DNA of 61,499 nt from Candidatus Omnitrophota bacterium (GTDB lineage: Bacteria > Omnitrophota > Gorgyraeia > Zapsychrales > Fredricksoniimonadaceae): the NCBI GenBank assembly GCA_013285735.1, contig JABDGZ010000006.1, positions 1 to 61,499 on the forward strand, written 5' to 3'. Shown piece after piece: positions 21,139-30,294 of this stretch (the first letter of the stretch is position 1; each line of letters begins with the position of its first letter). A program made the translations under genes and the position numbers. Below the pieces are notes generated by a model that was given only the letters and a program-made list of their open reading frames with translations, did no database searches and was not told the origin of the DNA.

Positions 21139-21560
21139 CCCGTCGGAAGAATATAAAGCATCAAATACACAATCACACCCGTCGTTGATACATATAACCA
21201 GACAGGGTAAAGCCATCGGGTAATACGTTTATGCTTATCATATTCCCCTCTTAAAGCGTGACGTATGGCCATGATAATAAAAGGTACGATGGTGACCGCT
21301 AAAAGTGTGTGTGGAATTAAAACAAGAAAATAAAGAGTTTTTAGAAAACCTGTTCCAGGGTAACGGGTCAAAAGATGTGTGGTGAGGCGTTCGTATACAT
21401 AGGAACATAAAAATACCGTTGAACAAACGAATGCCGCAATCATCAATTTTCGATGGATTTCTTTTTTGCTTTGTTTGATCGCTACAATCCCGCATACGAC
21501 CAAGATCCCTGCTAAAGCATTTAATGACGCGTTAATAGTGGGAAGAAGTGGCGGGTGCAT
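21135..21560 (-). CDS. DUF420-family membrane protein (oxidase-associated)
   Basis: 141 aa, 4 TM. N-terminal LPTINASLNALAGILVVCGIVAIKQSKKEIHRKLM matches the DUF420 pattern as I recall it. The gene lies directly after ctaB. Confidence 0.65.
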   Translation of the reverse strand: MHPPLLPTINASLNALAGILVVCGIVAIKQSKKEIHRKLMIAAFVCSTVFLCSYVYERLTTHLLTRYPGTGFLKTLYFLVLIPHTLLAVTIVPFIIMAIRHALRGEYDKHKRITRWLYPVWLYVSTTGVIVYLMLYILPTG

Positions 21561-22426
21561 TAGAAAATTCCATCAACAATAATTAAGCATAAAAGAAGCG
21601 GAAGATAAAGAATAGATGCACCGAGAATTTTACGTGCATCTAAATTAGATTGGCTTTTTTGAAATAAAAAGGCAACGTATAAAACCCCTGCACCAAGAAG
21701 CAAAGCTCCCCAAAAATATATTCTCCCAGACATGCCGATCAATGAAGGCATTAATGAAAAGGCAACTAAGAGAAAACTAAAAGCGGTAATTTGGGTAATG
21801 GTAAATTTACCGTCAGGATGAACGACAGGAAGCATTTTAAAGCCTGCTTTTTTATAATCTTCTTTATACAGCCAGGCAATGGCATAAAAATGAGGATGCT
21901 GCCAGGTAAAGAGGATTAAAAATAGGATCCATCCGCCAGGGTCCAAGTGTCCGGTGGCCGCGGCCCAGCCTCCCAGCGGCGGAATTGCTCCTGGAATAGC
22001 TCCGATGGTGGTATTAAGCCACGTTAAACGTTTCATAGGGGTATAAACTAAAACGTATAAAAAGCAGGTCAACAAACTTAAAAAAGCGGTCAAGAGATTG
22101 ACCTTCCAACAAAAAATCAGTAATCCCGTCAGGATCAAGATGATACCAAATCCTAATGCTTGTGCCGGTGTAATGACACCTGTTGGAATGGGTCGTTTTT
22201 TGGTCCTCTGCATCAGGGCATCAACATCACGTTCAAGATACTGATTAAGTACCGATGCCCCGCCGCAGGTCAGGGTAGAACCTAGTAATGTCCACAGTAG
22301 CAAACCCCAGCGAGAAAAACTATGGTCAGCAAAATAAAAACCTAGGGCAGTGGTGACGAGTACCAGCATGGTAATGCTGGGCTTGGTCATCCCCCAATAA
22401 GCTTTATATAAATTTAAATTGTTCAT
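21560..22426 (-). CDS. ctaB: Protohaem IX farnesyltransferase (haem O synthase)
   Basis: UbiA-fold polytopic protein with the N..LERDVDALMQRTKKRPIPTG motif. Confidence 0.92.
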   Translation of the reverse strand: MNNLNLYKAYWGMTKPSITMLVLVTTALGFYFADHSFSRWGLLLWTLLGSTLTCGGASVLNQYLERDVDALMQRTKKRPIPTGVITPAQALGFGIILILTGLLIFCWKVNLLTAFLSLLTCFLYVLVYTPMKRLTWLNTTIGAIPGAIPPLGGWAAATGHLDPGGWILFLILFTWQHPHFYAIAWLYKEDYKKAGFKMLPVVHPDGKFTITQITAFSFLLVAFSLMPSLIGMSGRIYFWGALLLGAGVLYVAFLFQKSQSNLDARKILGASILYLPLLLCLIIVDGIF

Positions 22427-22434
22427 TTTCTATG

Positions 22435-22458
22435 TATTCCCGATTTCGCGGGAATGAC
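22435..22458 (-). repeat. REP-family copy in the ctaA-ctaB spacer
   Basis: The reverse complement reads GTCATTCCCGCGAAATCGGGAATA. It starts immediately after the ctaA stop codon. Confidence 0.8.
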
Positions 22459-22459
22459 A

Positions 22460-23473
22460 TCAGGGGTTTCTTGTTGATAATGTTTTAAATTGCCGCCAGG
22501 TCAAAGGAGATGCGCGTAAAACCATTAAAAATGACAAGCCTAAGACAATGGCACCTGTGGTTACGTGTAAAGTTGTAGTATATATTTCTTTATGAGAAAG
22601 TACAGTAGAAATTCCTAAGGTGATCTGCAGGATCACGGCAATATTAAGCCAGTACATGGTTTTGAGGATCAATGGACGGTCTAAACATTCTTTATAAGCA
22701 ATATGATTGAGCCAAAAAATATTTATTAATATTAAAAAAGCCCAGCAGCGGTGCAAGAGGTGGATCATGACCTGCCCCATATTGACGGGGTCCAGATTAT
22801 TTTCAAAACGCCAGGCATTGACCCTGTTAAGCCAGGCCTGGTCAAAGCTGGGAAAAAGAGTCCATCCCATCGTCGGAAAATCAGGTATCGCTAAACCTGC
22901 CTGGTCATGGCGCATGACATTCCCGATGATCAATTGGATATAAACCATCACCATTAAAAGGATGGCTGCTTGTAAAAATTGTTGGCTGTAACTTTCTTCA
23001 TCAATGGTCCATCGGTGGTGGCGTTCAACGGATAAAGCATACGTGATAAAAATGACCAATAGAAAAAACGTTTGGGCCAGCACACCATGAAAGGTTGACA
23101 GCCATACGGGTAAAAAAAATAGGACAGTTAATCCTCCTAAAACACCTTGAAGGACAACAGTCAAAAAAGCGAAAATACCCAAACGTTTAACCCACGCAGG
23201 TGTTTTTTCTATACGAAGAAGCCATATTGTTAAAATTAAGGTCAAAAGTCCGACGATGGAAGCCAACATGCGGTGGGTGTGTTCATATTTGATCCCCCCT
23301 GCCATTTTATTGAGAGGATAGGCAAACATGAATTTACCGTAGGTGGTAGGCCAATCAGGCACAGAAAGACCTGACTCAGTGCTTTTAACCAAAGCTCCAA
23401 GGGCAATTAAAAACAAGGTTACGATGCAAAGAAATTTAGAATAGCGCCTTAGAATAATAGATTGGGAATTCAT
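22460..23473 (-). CDS. ctaA: Haem A synthase (COX15/CtaA family)
   Basis: 337 aa, 8 TM, with conserved His in helices (EHTHRMLA, LHRCWA) and SGLSVPDWPTTYG. Confidence 0.88.
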   Translation of the reverse strand: MNSQSIILRRYSKFLCIVTLFLIALGALVKSTESGLSVPDWPTTYGKFMFAYPLNKMAGGIKYEHTHRMLASIVGLLTLILTIWLLRIEKTPAWVKRLGIFAFLTVVLQGVLGGLTVLFFLPVWLSTFHGVLAQTFFLLVIFITYALSVERHHRWTIDEESYSQQFLQAAILLMVMVYIQLIIGNVMRHDQAGLAIPDFPTMGWTLFPSFDQAWLNRVNAWRFENNLDPVNMGQVMIHLLHRCWAFLILINIFWLNHIAYKECLDRPLILKTMYWLNIAVILQITLGISTVLSHKEIYTTTLHVTTGAIVLGLSFLMVLRASPLTWRQFKTLSTRNP

Positions 23474-23482
23474 AAGAGAAAT

Positions 23483-23525
23483 AACACCAGGTGTTGCACC
23501 ACCGCAACACCCGGTGTTGAGGAGG
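23483..23525 (-). other. Tandem 13-bp palindromes AACACCNGGTGTT forming a 15-bp RNA hairpin between the cytochrome b/c gene and ctaA
   Basis: Unit 1 is at 23483-23495 and unit 2 at 23506-23518. On the minus-strand RNA, AACACCGGGUGUUGC-GGUGGU-GCAACACCUGGUGUU is followed by AUUUCUCUU and then the ctaA AUG. Confidence 0.6.
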
Positions 23526-25844
23526 TTATATTTTAAGTAACTTCATCATGTACCAATATAATGCGGCTAACATGAATATGACTGATGAAATTGCAGCGAG
23601 CATGTAGAAAAATTCTTTAGGCTCAATACCAGGATTCACAATTTCAGTACGATCCACCCCGTTAAGAGACAGGATATAGGCTTCTATATCAGCGATCTGT
23701 GCCTGGGTTAAGGCATGAGAATCACCAAAGTTTGGCATCGCAGGACCGCTACTGTCAATGTTAGGGGCACCATGCTGTATAAACTGGTCGATATGCTCAA
23801 CGAAAAGTTGCGGGTCAGCGTTATATACAGCGCGGTCAATAGGATTGAGCACTGGAACGCCACGAGGTGCATGATCGCCGGTTAAATAGCTTGTATATCC
23901 TGGTGTTATATTATTACCGTGGGGACCGTGACACATGATACAGGATTGATGGAATAAAATAGCCCCATGATCTTGATTACCGATAATACCAGCAGCTTGA
24001 ACTCCGCTGGCACTGCTGCTTGAATTTGAACTTCCTTGGGCACTGGCTTCTGCTTTTTCATCTGCCGCAGATTCAGCTGTTGCTGCTCTCGTCGACAGGC
24101 TGCTAAGGAAAACAATCACAGCGTTCATCTGATCTTCGGTTAAACGGCTAGCAAATGAAGGCATAATACTTAAAGGGTTATGCGCTTGTGGCGTCATTAA
24201 TTGTGTTTTCAGCCAGTCCTTGGTGGGTTTATCTTTTTTGATTGCCATGATCAGATCTGGACCCGCCTTGTTGCTGGGATGTCCTGTAATAGTATGGCAT
24301 TGAACGCAGCCTTGAGTGTTAAATAATTGTTCACCATATTTTATTGAAGCAGCCGGGTCTACCGCACCTCCTGCCGCTGGTGCTGGCGGTGGCGGCACTG
24401 GTGCTGCCGTCGCAGCTGGTTGTAAATTTTCTATATATCCTACTAAAAGTTCGACGTTTTGCGGGCTCAAATCAGAGAATGGCGGCATAATCGTACGCGG
24501 ATTATGTGATTGAGGAGCAATAATTTGATTATGCAGCCATTCATGGGTGCGATGATTGCCTTTAGCCATGGCTAAATCAGGTCCTTGTTTGTTGCTGGCA
24601 AGTCCTGTTGTTGTATGACATTCAGTACAACCTAAGGTTTTAAACAGTTCTTCACCTGTAATTTTTTCGTTAGCATTGGCTGCAATCATAGCTGTGTAGG
24701 CATTGGCCAATCTTATTTTTTTATCTTCAATTTGTTGGCTGTTAACGGTTACCGGGGCTTCCATTTGAGATTTTTCAGCGTCACTCTTGTAAATGAAACC
24801 AAGCCATGTCAAATACAAAACAACACCCACAAAAGCGAATCCGCATAATACGACGAAGCCGCGTTTAAAGGGATTTTTTTCAGGGCTTTTATCCACAAAA
24901 GGCAGGGAACCAAAAAGCAAGATAATCATCAATGGTACACCCGCGGTGCCTAAGGGCTCTAAGGGGCCCGGACAGAATTTCAATATTTGATAAAGAAAAA
25001 GGAAGGTCCACGCGGGTTTAGGAGAAACCAGTGTATCTGCGGGATCTGCCAAGCCTGAAAATGGAGCCGGAAAAAAGGCAGAAAGATAAACTAATAGCAT
25101 AAAAATCAAAAATGTGACAAAAACATCTTTAAATATTTGTTCCGGCCAGAAGAAACCAACTTTTTTACGTTTTTTATCATCCCAAGGGCCTGATTCGCCG
25201 TAGGTACGAAAGGCGATCAAGTGCAGCATGACAAAAGCACCGATGGCAGCGGGAAGGATGGCCACATGAAGAACATACATGCGCAACAAAGCCATCTGCC
25301 CCATTTTGTTAGCGCCCTGCAATATAGCTTGCGTGATAGGACCTACAATAGGCACAGAGCCGGCAATGCCAATACCTACCTGACCTGCGAAGAATCCGTC
25401 CTTATCCCAAGGAAGAACCGGGCCTGTAAACATGAACAAAGCTGTAAGGACGATAAGAACAATACCAATGAGCCAGACCAACTCCCGAGGCTTTTTATAG
25501 GAACCCCAGATAAAAACGCGCAAACAATGCAAACCCACGATAATTGTAAATAAAGTCCCTCCCCAATAATGAATGCCATGAATAAGCCATCCAAAGGGTA
25601 CTTGCAGACGCAGATAATTCAAGCTGGAATAAGCGTAATCAACGGTGGGTACGTAGTAAAAAAGCTGCCAGATACCAGAGACAATTTGCATGGTCAAAAG
25701 GAACATGCAGGCAGAGCCTAAGGTATAGGAGAATCGTGTGCCGCCGGGGATTTCTTCATGAAGAAATTCAGAAAAAAATGTGATGAGTCCAGTACGTTCA
25801 TTAACCCAATTTTTTACCGTATCAAGTATAGGTTTCTTCTCCAT
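23526..25844 (-). CDS. Cytochrome b (b6 plus subunit IV-like) fused to three c-type cytochrome domains
   Basis: The N-terminal cytochrome b has His pairs (HGIHYWG; LHVAILPAAIGAFVMLHLIAF) and a PKPAWTFLFLYQ segment. The C-terminal half has three CxxCH motifs (CTECH, CVQCH, CIMCH) and a Pro/Ala linker. Confidence 0.88.
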   Translation of the reverse strand: MEKKPILDTVKNWVNERTGLITFFSEFLHEEIPGGTRFSYTLGSACMFLLTMQIVSGIWQLFYYVPTVDYAYSSLNYLRLQVPFGWLIHGIHYWGGTLFTIIVGLHCLRVFIWGSYKKPRELVWLIGIVLIVLTALFMFTGPVLPWDKDGFFAGQVGIGIAGSVPIVGPITQAILQGANKMGQMALLRMYVLHVAILPAAIGAFVMLHLIAFRTYGESGPWDDKKRKKVGFFWPEQIFKDVFVTFLIFMLLVYLSAFFPAPFSGLADPADTLVSPKPAWTFLFLYQILKFCPGPLEPLGTAGVPLMIILLFGSLPFVDKSPEKNPFKRGFVVLCGFAFVGVVLYLTWLGFIYKSDAEKSQMEAPVTVNSQQIEDKKIRLANAYTAMIAANANEKITGEELFKTLGCTECHTTTGLASNKQGPDLAMAKGNHRTHEWLHNQIIAPQSHNPRTIMPPFSDLSPQNVELLVGYIENLQPAATAAPVPPPPAPAAGGAVDPAASIKYGEQLFNTQGCVQCHTITGHPSNKAGPDLIMAIKKDKPTKDWLKTQLMTPQAHNPLSIMPSFASRLTEDQMNAVIVFLSSLSTRAATAESAADEKAEASAQGSSNSSSSASGVQAAGIIGNQDHGAILFHQSCIMCHGPHGNNITPGYTSYLTGDHAPRGVPVLNPIDRAVYNADPQLFVEHIDQFIQHGAPNIDSSGPAMPNFGDSHALTQAQIADIEAYILSLNGVDRTEIVNPGIEPKEFFYMLAAISSVIFMLAALYWYMMKLLKI

Positions 25845-25850
25845 AAAAAA

Positions 25851-26393
25851 TTACGCCTCAACCTTCTCAGGAATACCCGCTTTAAATAGTTTGTATTGTA
25901 CAAATAATTCCCCACCTTCAATTTTATAAGGTAAAGTATCCAAAGGTCTTGGTGCCGGCCCTGCTATACACTTGCCGCCTTCATTAAATACGCTTCCATG
26001 GCAAGGACAGGCAAATACATCTTTAGTGCTATCAAAATTATAGCGGCAGTTTAAATGCGGGCATAAAGAAGAATATACAGTTGCTTTGTCCGCGGCGTGT
26101 TTGATTACCCACACTTCATAAACTACCTTAGTTGTGATAAAAGCTTGTACGTCCACATCTTCAACAGTCGTCATCTTCGTTGGTTTATCAGTACCAAGTG
26201 TCGGAAAGTTAGGGACTTTTAAGAACTTTTCATCTGATCCCCCGGTGGAAGAAGGAATAAGATAGGAAACAAGCGGTATTGTAAGAAAAAGAGTAATAAA
26301 GCCTAAAAATGCAGCGGTTAATCCTTTGATAAAATCACGCTTTTGAACATCCTCAGGTTCCTGAGATCTTGGGGTAGGTGTATGTTTAGTCAT
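25851..26393 (-). CDS. Rieske [2Fe-2S] subunit
   Basis: CPHLNCRY and CPCHGSVF boxes. Starting at ATG 26393 (MTKHTP) gives an AAGGGA Shine-Dalgarno and an 8-nt overlap with the ctaC stop, rather than the listed 26432. Confidence 0.88.
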   Translation of the reverse strand: MTKHTPTPRSQEPEDVQKRDFIKGLTAAFLGFITLFLTIPLVSYLIPSSTGGSDEKFLKVPNFPTLGTDKPTKMTTVEDVDVQAFITTKVVYEVWVIKHAADKATVYSSLCPHLNCRYNFDSTKDVFACPCHGSVFNEGGKCIAGPAPRPLDTLPYKIEGGELFVQYKLFKAGIPEKVEA

Positions 26394-27135
26394 GTATTCC
26401 CTTATTTTGCTGTATCCATTGGTCAAAATCACCTTGACTTACGACATATACGATTCCTCGCATGCGGTAGTGGCCGACACCGCACAATTGGGAACAGGCT
26501 ATTTCGTATTGGCCTAATTTATTAGGAGTAAACCAGACATGAGTCGTCATGCCTGGAATAATATCTTGTTTAACACGCATGGCAGGCAAACCAAAACTAT
26601 GAATAACATCTTTGCTAGTCAAGGTGATAAGGACTGTTTTATTGATCGGCAGATAAATTTGATTCATGGTTGTAATATTATCTTTATTATCAGGGTCATG
26701 CGGATCAAGCCCCATCGGATTGTCATCCAGGAACCTGGCACTTGAACGGCCAAATTTTCCGCTCGGGCCCGCATAGCGGACGTTCCAGGCAAATTGCTGG
26801 GCCACAACCCTGACTTCCAAAACATTTTTGCCTTCAGGCATTCCTGCTTGATGGACCGCCCAAAAAGGAATTGAAAAAGCAAAAAGAAGCAGGAATTCAA
26901 TGACCACTACCACCCATTCAACATAGGAAGAAATCAAATGTGGTGTATGAGAATGCACAACTTTAACATTTTTCTTTTGTCGGAATTTGATCAGGACAAC
27001 AATGTAATAAATTGCCCAACCTACAAAAAGAATAAGGACAAGTCCATGAATCAAATACATCAAGGTGTCATTATCCTTGCCTTCAACGGAAGCTAAAGGC
27101 TGCATGGGGAGAAGTTTTTGTAAAATGTCGTCCAT
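26386..27135 (-). CDS. ctaC: Cytochrome c oxidase subunit II (CuA), without a fused cytochrome c domain
   Basis: CuA motif HSFGLP...CSQLCGVGHYRM. The 249-aa protein has no CxxCH. Confidence 0.92.
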   Translation of the reverse strand: MDDILQKLLPMQPLASVEGKDNDTLMYLIHGLVLILFVGWAIYYIVVLIKFRQKKNVKVVHSHTPHLISSYVEWVVVVIEFLLLFAFSIPFWAVHQAGMPEGKNVLEVRVVAQQFAWNVRYAGPSGKFGRSSARFLDDNPMGLDPHDPDNKDNITTMNQIYLPINKTVLITLTSKDVIHSFGLPAMRVKQDIIPGMTTHVWFTPNKLGQYEIACSQLCGVGHYRMRGIVYVVSQGDFDQWIQQNKGIHD

Positions 27136-27138
27136 AAA

Positions 27139-27450
27139 TTAATATTTTGTAAATTCGCTGGGGGTTCTTGGGGAATAGGCTACATCCCAAGCTGGCCAAA
27201 ACAAAAGGCTTATAAAGGTTATGACGGTTAATAATAAAACTAAATGGACGGTTTTCTTTTTTGTCATCAAATGCATAAAATAATACCCTAAAATGCTAGC
27301 TTCACAGCAAGCAATGGGTACTATCAACCAAATGCCTAAAACTCCCAGTTGCAAATGACTAATGGTAATGATCAAGGCGGTAAGAGCGATGATGCTAAAA
27401 TAAATCAGCATGTCTCTTTTAAATTCGTCTTTGTGTGAAGTATCTTCCAT
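27139..27450 (-). CDS. ctaF: Cytochrome c oxidase subunit IV (bacterial)
   Basis: 103 aa, 3 TM, with the YFMHL motif. Confidence 0.7.
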   Translation of the reverse strand: MEDTSHKDEFKRDMLIYFSIIALTALIITISHLQLGVLGIWLIVPIACCEASILGYYFMHLMTKKKTVHLVLLLTVITFISLLFWPAWDVAYSPRTPSEFTKY

Positions 27451-27458
27451 AAATTATT

Positions 27459-28064
27459 TTAAAGCAGGTACAGGGTTGAAAATAAAAATATCCAGACCAA
27501 GTCTACAAAGTGCCAATATAAACCGGCAACTTCCACGCGATTAATAAACCATTGTTTATCTTTTTCCCGCAAATACATCCCGGGGCCGACATAATAAATA
27601 TTGACAAGGATACCGCCTATAATGTGCAAGCCATGTAAGCCGGTCATTAAAAAGTAAAGGGCCATAAAAACGCTTGTTTTTGGAAATTCGTTATGGCTGA
27701 AATGTTGATAGTATTCAAAACTTTTTAAACATAAAAATAAAAAAGCAAATAAGATCACCAAATACATAAATTTTTTGTATTTGGCAATATCATCAGCTTT
27801 TAAGGCAACCCAGGCACGGATAAAAAATATACTGGATGAAAGAAGAATAACGCTGTTGATCGCACCGATAGGGACATTCTGTAGGTCGGATTGTACCGGC
27901 CAGGTAAAAGACCCTACACGAAGAAGGATATAAGCGGAAAATAATGATCCGAAAAGCATGACTTCTGAGGCTAAAAAAAGCCAGATGCCGAATTTGGCAT
28001 TATAAAGGCCGGTATCTTCACGAGGGTTTACAATATAAGGTAAAAACTTATCAGATTCTTGCAT
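27459..28064 (-). CDS. ctaE: Cytochrome c oxidase subunit III
   Basis: Typical subunit III helices (WLFLASEVMLFGSLFSAY, HGLHIIGG, YWHFVDLVWIFLF). ATG 28064 avoids the 50-nt overlap with ctaD. Confidence 0.9.
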   Translation of the reverse strand: MQESDKFLPYIVNPREDTGLYNAKFGIWLFLASEVMLFGSLFSAYILLRVGSFTWPVQSDLQNVPIGAINSVILLSSSIFFIRAWVALKADDIAKYKKFMYLVILFAFLFLCLKSFEYYQHFSHNEFPKTSVFMALYFLMTGLHGLHIIGGILVNIYYVGPGMYLREKDKQWFINRVEVAGLYWHFVDLVWIFLFSTLYLL

Positions 28065-28068
28065 TGAC

Positions 28069-29844
28069 TCAAATTTCCTTTTGATCTTGTGGGCTGTAAT
28101 CTTTAGGCGCTCCTTCAAGGCTGTAACTATAGGGATCGCGGTAAACAGTTATTGGTTTAGCAAAATTCCCATGTGGCGGTGGTGTTGGGGTTGCCCATTC
28201 CAGTGTTGATGAATGCCAAGGATTATCTGAATTAACTTTCTCACCATTCCAGATACTATAGAAGAAATTAAAAATAAATGGGATCTGGGCAAGGGCTAGA
28301 ATAAAAGCTGCTGTGGTTTCAACCACATTCCAATACAGAACATTATGGGAAAATAAATATGTCGCTCCCCCGTCATACATACGACGATTAACACCCATCA
28401 ATCCTTGTATCAGCATCGGGAAGAAAATAAAATTCATCGTTATCAAGGTGGGCCAAAAATGTAAATGGCCTAAAATATCATTCATCTTGCGGCCTGTTGC
28501 TTTGGGAAACCAATAATAAATTCCCGCAAAAAGCCCTAAAATAACACCTGGAGCAACCACATAATGAAAATGCCCTATAACATAGTAGGTGTCGTGTAAT
28601 GGAACGTCAGTGGCGGCCAGGCCCAAAGGCAAGCCTGTTAAACCACCAAAACCAAACATGGGTAAAAATGCTAAAGCAAAAAGCATGGGCATATTAAAAC
28701 GAATAGACCCGCCCCATAAGGTGATAAATAAAGCGGAAACAATGATGATCGATGGGATGGAAATGATCATGGTGGTGGTTTGGAAGAATGCAGTGATGTT
28801 CGTCCCCATGCCTGTTAAATAAGTATGATGCGACCACACAACAAAGGATAAAAATCCTAAAAAGATCACGGACCAACGCATCATGCCAAAACCGCTAATA
28901 TTTTTTCTGGTGTTGCAGGCAATGATCTCCGTTACAATTCCAAGAGCGGGCAGGATTAAAACATATACTTCCGGATGGCCTAAAAACCAAAATAGATGCT
29001 GCCAAAGAAGCGCATTGCCTCCCCCGCTGATATCAGCTATTTTACCAGCGACAAACAATCCGGTAGGTAAAAAGAAACTGCTTCCAAGCACACGATCAAA
29101 TAATTGTAAAAATGCAGCCCCTTCCAGCGGTGGGAAAGCTAAAAGCAATAAGAATGAAGTAATTAATTGGGCCCAGATAAAAAATGGCAGGCGTTCAAAG
29201 GTCATGCCAGGAGCACGTAATTGAAAAATAGTGGTGATAAAATTTAGGGAAGAAAGTAGTGATGAAATAATAATGATAAACATGCTCAAGAGCCAAATGG
29301 TTTGACCATCATGGGAAATATCTGATAAAGGCGGATAAGCGGTCCAACCATTGCCTGTAGGCCCCCCTGGTAAAAAGAAACTTGAAAGCATCAGCATGCC
29401 GCCGGCGAAAAATGACCAGTAGCTGAACATGTTTAATCTGGGGAAAGCCATGTCCTTGGCGCCGATTTGCAAAGGTATGAGGTAATTACCAAAAACCGCA
29501 AAGCCTAAAGGAACGATCCCTAAGAAAACCATGATGGTGCCGTGCATGGCTCCCAGCTGATTATAAAATTCAGGAAGCATGACACCGCCCGGCATATTAT
29601 TTTCGCCAAAGAACTTCCCTATTACTGGTAAGGGTTGTCCCGGGTAAGCAATTTGCCAGCGCATCAGCAACATTAAGCAGAAGCCGACAAGCAGGAAAAA
29701 CAGGCTCATGAACAAATATTGAATACCTATGACTTTATGATCAGTGGAAAAAACATATTGCGACCAAAAAGATTGGGGGTGTGATGAATCATGATGAGCT
29801 GAATCATGTGAATCGTGATGGGCTTGGCCGTGCTTGCTGCTCAT
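28069..29844 (-). CDS. ctaD: Cytochrome c oxidase subunit I
   Basis: LFWFLGHPEVYVLILP and VIGHFHYV motifs in a 591-aa protein. Confidence 0.96.
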   Translation of the reverse strand: MSSKHGQAHHDSHDSAHHDSSHPQSFWSQYVFSTDHKVIGIQYLFMSLFFLLVGFCLMLLMRWQIAYPGQPLPVIGKFFGENNMPGGVMLPEFYNQLGAMHGTIMVFLGIVPLGFAVFGNYLIPLQIGAKDMAFPRLNMFSYWSFFAGGMLMLSSFFLPGGPTGNGWTAYPPLSDISHDGQTIWLLSMFIIIISSLLSSLNFITTIFQLRAPGMTFERLPFFIWAQLITSFLLLLAFPPLEGAAFLQLFDRVLGSSFFLPTGLFVAGKIADISGGGNALLWQHLFWFLGHPEVYVLILPALGIVTEIIACNTRKNISGFGMMRWSVIFLGFLSFVVWSHHTYLTGMGTNITAFFQTTTMIISIPSIIIVSALFITLWGGSIRFNMPMLFALAFLPMFGFGGLTGLPLGLAATDVPLHDTYYVIGHFHYVVAPGVILGLFAGIYYWFPKATGRKMNDILGHLHFWPTLITMNFIFFPMLIQGLMGVNRRMYDGGATYLFSHNVLYWNVVETTAAFILALAQIPFIFNFFYSIWNGEKVNSDNPWHSSTLEWATPTPPPHGNFAKPITVYRDPYSYSLEGAPKDYSPQDQKEI

Positions 29845-29884
29845 GACAACTATTCTCCGAAATAAATTTTATGAGGACGTTAAA

Positions 29885-29893
29885 ACTATAGCA
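29885..29893 (-). promoter_or_regulatory. Possible extended -10 promoter element upstream of ctaD
   Basis: The minus strand reads TGCTATAGT (TGn plus a -10-like hexamer) about 40 nt upstream of the ctaD ATG, in an AT-rich spacer. The -35 match is weak. Confidence 0.25.
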
Positions 29894-29937
29894 CAAATTT
29901 TTTAAACTTAAATAAGTTTATAAAATAATTTACAAAA

Positions 29938-30102
29938 TTAATACCGAAGGGAATTTTTTTCTCTTTTGCGAAAGTTTAAAAATAAGATCCCGAATCCTAC
30001 TAATACGGCAGTAATCACGGCAAGCAAAGCAATCACAGCGTAATTGTAGCCTTGTGTGAGGGGCGACGTGGGATCTCCAAAACAAACCGCGCAAAATACC
30101 AT
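29938..30102 (-). CDS. Unlisted small ORF, 54 aa, CxxC membrane protein
   Basis: My translation: MVFCAVCFGDPTSPLTQGYNYAVIALLAVITAVLVGFGILFLNFRKREKNSLRY. It has one clear TM helix, and its ATG directly abuts the previous stop (TAAATG). It falls below the 60-aa track cutoff. Confidence 0.55.
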   Translation of the reverse strand: MVFCAVCFGDPTSPLTQGYNYAVIALLAVITAVLVGFGILFLNFRKREKNSLRY

Positions 30103-30279
30103 TTATAAGGCCTTCATTTTTTTGACAAATTGCACACAATAAATAACCAAGCCAACAGCAACGGCAAATGAACAATACGCGCTTAAGGTGTAGCTGTGGT
30201 TCAAGGTCCAAAGCCCAAAGCCTAAGCACAAAAGTATGGAAACAATGATAAGAGTGACGTGAATATATTTAATACCCAT
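30103..30279 (-). CDS. Unlisted small ORF, 58 aa, two-helix membrane protein
   Basis: My translation: MGIKYIHVTLIIVSILLCLGFGLWTLNHSYTLSAYCSFAVAVGLVIYCVQFVKKMKAL. It starts 16 nt after the cupredoxin stop. Confidence 0.5.
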   Translation of the reverse strand: MGIKYIHVTLIIVSILLCLGFGLWTLNHSYTLSAYCSFAVAVGLVIYCVQFVKKMKAL

Positions 30280-30294
30280 AAGATTATATTACCA

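Noticed and set aside
24316-24513. Gly/Ala-rich 65-aa plus-strand ORF.
   Set aside because: It is the antisense image of the Pro/Ala linker in the cytochrome b/c fusion.
29930-30229. Listed 99-aa minus-strand ORF upstream of ctaD.
   Set aside because: Its Cys/Arg/Leu-rich sequence is implausible. A different frame gives two well-formed small membrane ORFs joined as TAAATG.
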